NCBI GenBank assembly: GCA_963667845.2
Contig: CAXXVL010000002.1
Coordinates: 704,001-768,000, forward strand
DNA length: 64,000 nucleotides
Direction: 5' to 3'
Source of the DNA: Smithellaceae bacterium
GTDB lineage: Bacteria > Desulfobacterota > Syntrophia > Syntrophales > Smithellaceae
Made by a program: the position numbers and the translations under genes. Position 1 is the stretch's first letter. Each line of letters starts with the position of its first letter. The notes below the pieces were generated by a model. That model did not search any database. It was given only the letters and a program-made list of their open reading frames with translations, and was not told where the DNA came from. Positions 44,326 through 51,509 of the stretch are shown one piece after another.

Positions 44326-45243
44326 CTATCTAACCAGCGTTTGCCCTCTTGTGGAGGGACCTGTGCTTCCATGGACTTCCGAATGACAATTCAAACAGGA
44401 ACGGGCAAACAGCCGATTGGATTGCGACGGCTTTCCAAAAGTATTGAAGTTTGTATAGATGGTTCCCGGATGGCGTGTTGCATCATGGCAGCTCTGACAA
44501 AGTTGCGGAACACGATGGGTCAGAAGTTTCCCATGATTGCTTCCGTGAGCAGTATGGCAGGTTTGACAATTTTCTTCGACGGGCGGATGTTCCCAGAAAA
44601 AGGGGCCGCGCTTTTCGGCATGGCACTTGTAGCATAAGTCGTTGATCGATCCGGCCTTGATCATTTTTTTCTCGAGACTGCCGTGCTGGTCATGGCAGTC
44701 TGTACACTTCATTTTACCTTCGCGTACCGGATGGTGCGACTGCTTGCTGATTTGCATGCGCAGATCACGATGACAGGATATACATAAATCCGGCTGAGCG
44801 GTCTTGAGATTCATCCTCTTTCCGGAATGGACCGTATGGCAGTTGTCACACGAGACGCCTGCTGATTTATGGGCGCCCATATCCCATTGCGCGAGGGTGC
44901 GCGAAGCGGCGTGGCACTCCAGGCACCTGGCTGATTTTGCGCTCCCGTCAATTTTTTTGTCCCTGAAAATCAAAATATCGACACCCCCGCCGCCGCCTTT
45001 TTCGATATGGGATTTGCCGTCTCCATGGCAGGATTCACAGCCCTCGGCGTTAGCAGGACTTTTACCGATCGCTTTTTTCGCGTGGGGAGAATTGATATAA
45101 CTGTTAAAATGACTCGAATGACAGGCTTTGCACGTTTCCACTCGGCCACCCTTTTCCGCACTGATAGCGTGCCTGGGAATGACCAGGAAACTAATCAGGA
45201 GCATAATGGAAAAGACGACAAACGCCAGGAATTTTCTTTGCAT
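44326..45243 (-). CDS. DmsE/MtrA/PioA family periplasmic decaheme c-type cytochrome
   Basis: Signal peptide and ten CxxCH motifs (CKACH, CESCH, CLECH, CDNCH, CISCH, CTDCH, CYKCH, CQTCH, CQSCH, CLNCH); EKRGPFFWEHPPV signature. Confidence 0.95.
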   Translation of the reverse strand: MQRKFLAFVVFSIMLLISFLVIPRHAISAEKGGRVETCKACHSSHFNSYINSPHAKKAIGKSPANAEGCESCHGDGKSHIEKGGGGGVDILIFRDKKIDGSAKSARCLECHAASRTLAQWDMGAHKSAGVSCDNCHTVHSGKRMNLKTAQPDLCISCHRDLRMQISKQSHHPVREGKMKCTDCHDQHGSLEKKMIKAGSINDLCYKCHAEKRGPFFWEHPPVEENCQTCHTAHGSNHGKLLTHRVPQLCQSCHDATRHPGTIYTNFNTFGKPSQSNRLFARSCLNCHSEVHGSTGPSTRGQTLVR

Positions 45244-45813
45244 TGCAACCCCCTTTTGATACGACGCACGCAACGACCCTATTCATCCCGCTTTTTAGCC
45301 ACACGAGATCCGAAGTCTAAAGCCATGACCTTCCCGGCCTGCGGTTGGTACAGTGCAGACGACAATTGGTTTCTCAACAACGGAAACGGTTGGCCCTGCC
45401 AACGGGTACTAATTCACTGCAAATACAAACAAAAACACCACTGATGAAAATAACGTAGGACTTCATCCGAAATTGTCAAGCGTCTGCCAATTTTTTTTAA
45501 GGAGGGGCGATGACGATGAACTTTTCTGATAAATACCGGTCATTTTCTTAAGATTAGAGTGGCAAATTAGATTCACAATGATTTGAATTTTGATAAAACT
45601 TGATTTCCGTTACGGATGTCTTTACATCAAGCACGGAGCCGTTGGGTAAGCAAAAGACGCTCCTCTTGACAAATACCCTTTTCTCCCTAATATGTATTCA
45701 TAGATTCATTCTTCCATTGTATTGTATGTGATCGCCTAAGCCGACGTTCACTTTTTTGTGAAAACCAAAACGCCGGATTTTCATCCGACGTGCCTTGAGC
45801 AGTGGAGGTTAAT

Positions 45814-46875
45814 ATGGAGAAGTGCGACACTCATTTCCTTAAGCGTACTTTCGTGATGATCTTAATTGCGGCCGGCGTTATTTTCACCGCCGCGTATGGT
45901 CAAGCTCAGACCGGAAAAGCTTATATTTCAACTCAAGATGGATCTAAGCTGCTCGTCTTTAATCTTGCCGATCACCAGCTGATCAAATCCATTGACATCT
46001 ACACCCCAAGCCCCCTGGCGCAGGTCCTTCCGCCTAACGCCAACGACGTCATCGCCGTGGGTAATTACATTTTCATGACGGTTCCGGGCGCGGAAATATC
46101 GAAGTCCGGCATTAACTCGCTCAAAGTTATCGATACGCGCTCCGATACGGTTGCAGACACGATCAAGACGGACATGACCCCTTCCGGGCTTCTCGAATAC
46201 GAAGGAAGCATTTACCTGGTGAATCGTTACGGCAATACGATCCAGGAAATCGATCCGAAAAGCCTGAAAATTGTCCGGACCATCCCTTTTAAGACGCCCG
46301 GACAAACGCCGCTCAACAATCCCTTTTCCATGGAAATCGCCAATAATAAAATCTACCTTCCCTTCCCGGGGGGCCTCGCCAGACCGGGGATCATTCAGGT
46401 GCTCGACCTGAAGACGGGCAATCCCATTAAGACCATTGAATTCAGTACAATCAGCCCATACGGCCCTCTGGCAATCAAAAAAGTTACTGAAGGCAAAATA
46501 TACCTGGGAGGTATCCGAAGCATAGGCGTTCTCGATACCCAAACCGACATCATCACCAGGAGCATCACCCTTTCCGGGAGAGAAATTTATGTTCAATCCT
46601 TCGCGGTATACGAGGGAAAGGTTTTTGCGGCAAACGGTGTGAGTACGGTGAGCGTTATTGATCCTCAGTCGGATACACTCCTGACGGAAATCGATACGGG
46701 CTATCACGACTATGCCTGTCACCTGAAGGCGGGGATTGCGGCCGCTCAAGACAAAATCTTCGTGGCAGATGCAGGGCGCGGAATCAAAATCATTGACGCC
46801 AAATCGAATAGGCTTATTCTAACGATTGTTTCCCCTGAACCCTTGGGACCCGTTGCTATCGTCGATACGAAATAA
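45814..46875 (+). CDS. Exported YncE/YVTN-like beta-propeller protein
   Basis: Signal peptide (AYG-Q); repeated VID...V..I blades; GGAGG RBS before ATG 45814. Confidence 0.75.
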   Translation: MEKCDTHFLKRTFVMILIAAGVIFTAAYGQAQTGKAYISTQDGSKLLVFNLADHQLIKSIDIYTPSPLAQVLPPNANDVIAVGNYIFMTVPGAEISKSGINSLKVIDTRSDTVADTIKTDMTPSGLLEYEGSIYLVNRYGNTIQEIDPKSLKIVRTIPFKTPGQTPLNNPFSMEIANNKIYLPFPGGLARPGIIQVLDLKTGNPIKTIEFSTISPYGPLAIKKVTEGKIYLGGIRSIGVLDTQTDIITRSITLSGREIYVQSFAVYEGKVFAANGVSTVSVIDPQSDTLLTEIDTGYHDYACHLKAGIAAAQDKIFVADAGRGIKIIDAKSNRLILTIVSPEPLGPVAIVDTK

Positions 46876-46895
46876 CTTGCTACCAGTGTTTAGAA

Positions 46896-46932
46896 GCAAA
46901 AGGCCGAGAGACTCGTCTTCTCGGCCTTTTGC
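46896..46932 (+). terminator. Intrinsic terminator after the beta-propeller gene
   Basis: GCAAAAGGCCGAGA / TCTCGGCCTTTTGC inverted repeat. Confidence 0.8.
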
Positions 46933-47126
46933 CTATTTTCGCCATAGCCCCGCCGGATCCTGCCTTTACTGCCTTCTCTATTCGAAATTGATCCCGACGA
47001 CCATTGCAAATTTTTGCACCCCATAAATCCAGTTTTTTTACCCTGACGTCTTTCCCCGACAGGTTGTTTTTTCCTCTCTTTTTGCCCCCCTTAAACTGTC
47101 ATTGTATATCATTCTGCGAACACTCA

Positions 47127-47418
47127 TTGGAATGGCCGGCAATAGGAATACCGCTTTTTTTGAAAACGAAAAGCGGGCAGCACGCTCGTAAAAACCTGCT
47201 GCCGGATATCGCCCCTGATCGCTGAAACAATTGCCGCTCATCCGTGGCTCAAATACGCGGTAAGGGTGTTGCTCCTGCCTTTGATCGGCTTCAGCCTGCT
47301 GGCATTACAGATGAACCTGCCTGTAGCCTTCATCGTTACAATCATGGTCTTCGCAGTCGTTGGGTTTACAGACCGGGAAATCATCTACCGCTATAGAAGA
47401 AAGCTATTAAAAAGTTAG
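47127..47418 (+). pseudogene. Frameshifted remnant of a membrane-protein gene
   Basis: Removing one C at 47212-47215 joins ...KNLLPDIA to LIAETIAAHPWLKYAVRVLLLPLIGFSLLALQMNLPVAFIVTIMVFAVVGFTDREIIYRYRRKLLKS*; no clear start codon. Confidence 0.4.
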
Positions 47419-47451
47419 GCAATGAATAAGATGTGAACAAGGGGTTTGATT

Positions 47452-47484
47452 AAAACTCCCATGCTCCGAAAGAGCATGGGAGTT
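47452..47484 (-). terminator. Intrinsic terminator of the lemA operon
   Basis: AACTCCCATGCTC / GAGCATGGGAGTT hairpin, followed by a T-run on the minus strand. Confidence 0.78.
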
Positions 47485-47520
47485 CGTTGTTGAACGGATG
47501 TCTGACTTTCAAAAATCAGC

Positions 47521-48093
47521 CTAGAATTTCACTTTTGGCGCCGCCTTGGCTTCCTTGGGTGCTTCAAAGAAGGCCGCTTCTTTAAATCCGAACATTCCGG
47601 CCACGAAATTTGCTGGGAAGGTTCGAATCGCCTGATTGTATATTTTCACCGCCTCATTGTATCTCATTCTTTCCACGGCAATCCTGTTTTCCGTTCCGGC
47701 CAGTTCATCCTGGAGCTTCATGAAGTTCTGATTCGATTTCAGATCCGGATACCGTTCCACGACGACCATCAGACGGCTCAAGGCGCCCGTCAGTTCATTA
47801 TTGGCAGCAATCTTGTCGGGAACCGTAACGGCCCCACCCACTTTGGAACGGGCGTTGGTCACTTCCACCAGAACATCTTTTTCCTGCTTGGCATACCCCT
47901 TCACCGTTTCCATGAGGTTGGGAATTAAATCATAACGGCGCTGTAATTGATTTTCAACCTGGGACCAGGCCGCCTTGATCCCGACGTCCATTTGCACAAA
48001 TTTGTTGTAGTTGCCGGCAAACAGCGAATATAAAGCAATAGCCAGCACAGCAATGACTGCTACTACAATAATAATCTTCTTTCCTGATGACAT
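47521..48093 (-). CDS. lemA: LemA family protein
   Basis: N-terminal TM; WSQVENQLQRRYDLIPNL; YPDLKSNQNF; TENRIAVER. Confidence 0.96.
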   Translation of the reverse strand: MSSGKKIIIVVAVIAVLAIALYSLFAGNYNKFVQMDVGIKAAWSQVENQLQRRYDLIPNLMETVKGYAKQEKDVLVEVTNARSKVGGAVTVPDKIAANNELTGALSRLMVVVERYPDLKSNQNFMKLQDELAGTENRIAVERMRYNEAVKIYNQAIRTFPANFVAGMFGFKEAAFFEAPKEAKAAPKVKF

Positions 48094-48115
48094 ATGTCCT
48101 CCTCCACGTGTTTAA

Positions 48116-48841
48116 TTATAGACTATCTACTGCAAGACAAATTTTTTCCACTTCGCTTATATATTTTTTAAAAAGCAAAATCACCTCCGCCGATGAAAGC
48201 TTGTCCGTTCCCTCCTTGATGCTGAAACAAGACAGGAAGACCTGCTCATTCAACTGAAAAATGTTGCTCATTTCCTTAATCGTTTCACCCTTTTTATGAT
48301 GAACAGCGCCCGTCTTTAAGAAAATAAGTGCATTGAATATCGAGACAAACGCGGTGAGCGATTTGCCGATCAGGTTCCGCAGGGAGCGCACCGACCCTTC
48401 CGATTCGAGATATCCTTCTCTCAGCAGCAATATCTTTGCTTTCAGCTCGCGCTCGATTTGCAGGCGCAGATCCTGCGGCTGGAATGTCAGCGCCGCAAGC
48501 ACATTTTCCCCATAAATCAAGACGGAATTATTCTTCATGTTGAGAAATTCAATCGGATAGGAATCCAGAGATGATTCGATAAAGGCCTTCGTCATAACCA
48601 GCGGTACCGCCACATTGCGTTTTCTCCAAGTTTTGACCAGAACGAGCGCCTTATCCAGATGGTTGATCCCTTCGGGCGTCAAAACAACCAGGACATTGAT
48701 ATCCGACTTCCCCTTCACGTAGGAACCGCCAGCAGCGCTGCCATAAAGCATGAGCGAAACCAGATCCTTGCCATAGGCCTGGACATAGTCCTGTGTTAAA
48801 GGAATAAAAATATCTTGAGGTTGCTCAGGTATCTTTGTCAT
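48116..48841 (-). CDS. Pol-beta superfamily nucleotidyltransferase-like protein with a helical C-terminal domain
   Basis: LYGSAAGGSYVKGKSDINVLVV; YPIEF..M..N..LIYGENVL; AAGGTGG RBS before ATG 48841. Confidence 0.8.
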   Translation of the reverse strand: MTKIPEQPQDIFIPLTQDYVQAYGKDLVSLMLYGSAAGGSYVKGKSDINVLVVLTPEGINHLDKALVLVKTWRKRNVAVPLVMTKAFIESSLDSYPIEFLNMKNNSVLIYGENVLAALTFQPQDLRLQIERELKAKILLLREGYLESEGSVRSLRNLIGKSLTAFVSIFNALIFLKTGAVHHKKGETIKEMSNIFQLNEQVFLSCFSIKEGTDKLSSAEVILLFKKYISEVEKICLAVDSL

Positions 48842-48909
48842 ATTAACCACCTTAAATGTTGATGTCTGAAATGCCTGTCCCGCAGAACTGCGAAATCGCA
48901 TGCCCGGCG

Positions 48910-49707
48910 CTAAAAATCACGCCCGGCTCCGCCTCCGCCGCTCCCCCCGCCGCCGAATCCGCCAAAACCTCCGCCGAATCCGCCACCGCCGCCGCCTCGC
49001 CCGCTGCCGCTGACCAGAAGAAGCAGTATCCAGGGCAACATGGACCGACCCGTTTTTGTTCCCAGAAGCACGACTGCGGCAATGAGGAAGATGATGATGC
49101 CGACGATATTAAAGCCTTTGTTTTTTTCCGGACGGGCTTTCGTCCGGTAGGGACCGGCCACCCCGGTCAACTGCACACCCTTATCCTTGGCGATGTGAGC
49201 ACCGCAGGCCAGCATTGCATTATAGAGGGCCTTGCCTGTTTCACCGGCTTTGAGTTGCGGCACGACGTATTTATCCAGGATTTCTCCGATAATGCCGTCC
49301 GTCAAAACGCCCTCAACACCGTAGCCGGTTTCAATACGGATCTTTCTTTCTTTGACGGCAAGAAATATCAGGACACCCCTGTCTTCGCCCTTCTTCCCGA
49401 TCCCCCAGGCTTTATACAGACCATTCACATAAAGACTGATTTCTTCCGTTGGCCCCAATTCCGTTACTGTTGCCACGACCACTGCGGCGCCCGTTTTCTG
49501 CAAAATTTCCTGGGCCAAAGATTCCATTTTTGCAGCATTGTCCGGGTCAATGACATTGGCAAAGTCATTAACGGCTGTTCCTCTGGGGGATGGATATTTT
49601 TCGGCCGCAAGCGCCATACCGGCCGCGAGCATAATAAAGATTGCCGCATACAGGCAGAGCAACGTTTTGCATCCACGATAAAAGCGATAATGATATTTAA
49701 TTTCCAC
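48910..49707 (-). CDS. TPM domain protein (YgcG-like) with TM helix and Gly-rich tail
   Basis: VNDFANVI, WGIGKKGEDRGVL, RIETGYGVEGVLTD, GGGFGGFGGG.SGGGGA tail. Confidence 0.93.
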   Translation of the reverse strand: MEIKYHYRFYRGCKTLLCLYAAIFIMLAAGMALAAEKYPSPRGTAVNDFANVIDPDNAAKMESLAQEILQKTGAAVVVATVTELGPTEEISLYVNGLYKAWGIGKKGEDRGVLIFLAVKERKIRIETGYGVEGVLTDGIIGEILDKYVVPQLKAGETGKALYNAMLACGAHIAKDKGVQLTGVAGPYRTKARPEKNKGFNIVGIIIFLIAAVVLLGTKTGRSMLPWILLLLVSGSGRGGGGGGFGGGFGGFGGGGSGGGGAGRDF

Positions 49708-49860
49708 CGATTACCTTAAAAAGAATATTCTATCCGTATTAGCTGCTTTCAGGGGCCTGACTATTGCGTAAACCTCATCCGCTGTCAAGCCGGAAATATA
49801 AGCAACAGATATTGCTTGCGCAAGAGGGCGTGAGCTAATATTAATAAAATTAAAACCCTT

Positions 49861-51420
49861 ATGACGCCGAGAATCATTTTAATCCATCCGCCCATCGTGA
49901 AGCCCTCTGAACCGCCGGCAGGAATTGCCAAATTGTCGGCCTGCCTTACAGCAAACCGCGTCGAACACCAGATACTTGACGTCAATCTTGAGGGCATGTT
50001 GTTTCTCATGCGCGCAAGTGCTCAATCCCGCGCCCTCTCCGACCGCTGGAGTGTTCGCGCCTGTAAGAATCTGGAAGCCAATCTGGCTGCACTGCAAAAC
50101 AGCAGCACATTCGACAACCAGAGCCGTTACTCCCGCGCCGTTCTGGATGTCAATCGCGCCCTGATGCTGGCCGGAAAACCCTTTGGAGTTAACTTGTCCT
50201 TGTCGGATTATTCAGACAACAATTTGTCCCCGGTGAAAATCGCCGATTTGATTCGGGCTGCAGAAAAACCCGAAGCCAATCCGTTCTATCCATACTTTGC
50301 CGGACGTCTGAGGAAAGCGCTTGCAGAATCGCCGGAATTCCTGGGCTTTTCACTTAACTTTTTAAGCCAGGCACTTTGCACAATGGCCATGATCGGCTTT
50401 ATCAAGAAGGTCCACCCCCGGCAAAAGATTATTATGGGTGGATCCCTGACGACGTCATGGGTACAAATTACGAGCCGCGTTGATCTCTTTCCCGACCTCG
50501 TTGACAAAGTTGTGGCCGGCGCCGGAGAAGAAACGTTACTGACGCTATTGGGGATTGACAACGCAACTGGCGGTCCCTCCACTGATTACGACCTCTTTAC
50601 GGAGGATCGTTATCTTGCTCCGGGCTTCATCCTTCCTTACAGCGCGGCGCGGGGTTGCTGGTGGCGCCGGTGCGCGTTCTGCCCGGAAAAGGCCGAAGCA
50701 AATCCTTATCTGCCCCTGTCCGAGGCGTGCGTTACCGAAGAACTACCAACACTCACGAAAAAAACGAATCCGTCACTCATTCATTTTCTTGATAGTTCCA
50801 TCGCACCTTCACTTTTAGAAGCGCTGACGAAGAAGCCGCCCGGTGCACCGTGGTATGGGTTTGCCCGCGTTTCGCGGCATTTGACAGATGAAGGCTTTTG
50901 CAAAGCACTGAAAACAAGTGGCTGCGTCATGTTGAAACTCGGCATTGAATCCGGCGATGAAACCGTTCTTACCGCACTGAACAAGGGCATCGATCTTGGC
51001 ACGGCTTCGCAAGCTTTAAGAACATTGCAGCGGGCGGGCATTGCCGCTTATTGCTATTTCTTATTTGGCACGCCGCCGGAGAACGAGTCCGCCGCCTACA
51101 AGACTCTGGACTTTGTTTCCCGACACCATGACTGTATCACTTTTCTGAACCTGGCCCTTTTCAATTTACCAGCCGGCAGTCCGGAAGCCCAAAGCCTCAT
51201 TACGAGAGATTTTTACGAAGGAAGTTTATCACTATACAAAAGTTTCCATCATCCGATGGGCTGGCAACGGCGGGACGTCCGGAATTTTCTCTCCAGAATC
51301 TTTACAAAGCATCCAGCTATCGCACCGATTGTGAATCGCACGCCGGAATTTTTCACATCCAACCATGCGCCGTTTTTTACTTTTCCAAATAAACTATCTC
51401 AATCTATTGACAACATCTAG
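49861..51420 (+). CDS. B12-binding-type radical SAM protein
   Basis: LIHPP..P N-terminus; RGCWWRRCAFC cluster motif; GIESG; FGTP. Confidence 0.85.
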   Translation: MTPRIILIHPPIVKPSEPPAGIAKLSACLTANRVEHQILDVNLEGMLFLMRASAQSRALSDRWSVRACKNLEANLAALQNSSTFDNQSRYSRAVLDVNRALMLAGKPFGVNLSLSDYSDNNLSPVKIADLIRAAEKPEANPFYPYFAGRLRKALAESPEFLGFSLNFLSQALCTMAMIGFIKKVHPRQKIIMGGSLTTSWVQITSRVDLFPDLVDKVVAGAGEETLLTLLGIDNATGGPSTDYDLFTEDRYLAPGFILPYSAARGCWWRRCAFCPEKAEANPYLPLSEACVTEELPTLTKKTNPSLIHFLDSSIAPSLLEALTKKPPGAPWYGFARVSRHLTDEGFCKALKTSGCVMLKLGIESGDETVLTALNKGIDLGTASQALRTLQRAGIAAYCYFLFGTPPENESAAYKTLDFVSRHHDCITFLNLALFNLPAGSPEAQSLITRDFYEGSLSLYKSFHHPMGWQRRDVRNFLSRIFTKHPAIAPIVNRTPEFFTSNHAPFFTFPNKLSQSIDNI

Positions 51421-51460
51421 ATGTTGTGTTTAATAACGCTAATCATACTACATGTAGTGT
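51407..51460 (+). promoter_or_regulatory. Tandem NrdR boxes overlapping the nrdJ promoter
   Basis: CATCTAGATGTTGTGT (51414-51429) and ATACTACATGTAGTGT (51445-51460), 31 bp apart; TTGACA at 51407. Confidence 0.85.
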
Positions 51461-51509
51461 TTTTTAATTACTTAATCTTTTAATCAGTGTTTCAAAGGAG
51501 TTCACTTCC

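Noticed and set aside
45250..45480. GEMM-I c-di-GMP/cGAMP riboswitch before the cytochrome gene
   Set aside because: The GGCAAA...GAAA...GACGCAAA core was not found by eye. Kept only as a generic structured leader.
48116..48841. MNT-HEPN toxin-antitoxin pair or CBASS cyclase
   Set aside because: No separate HEPN toxin or effector gene, the catalytic DxD is altered, and the context is lemA/TPM.
48856..49719. 287-aa plus-strand ORF
   Set aside because: Antisense to the well-supported TPM gene. Its Ala/Ser-rich part mirrors the Gly-rich tail.
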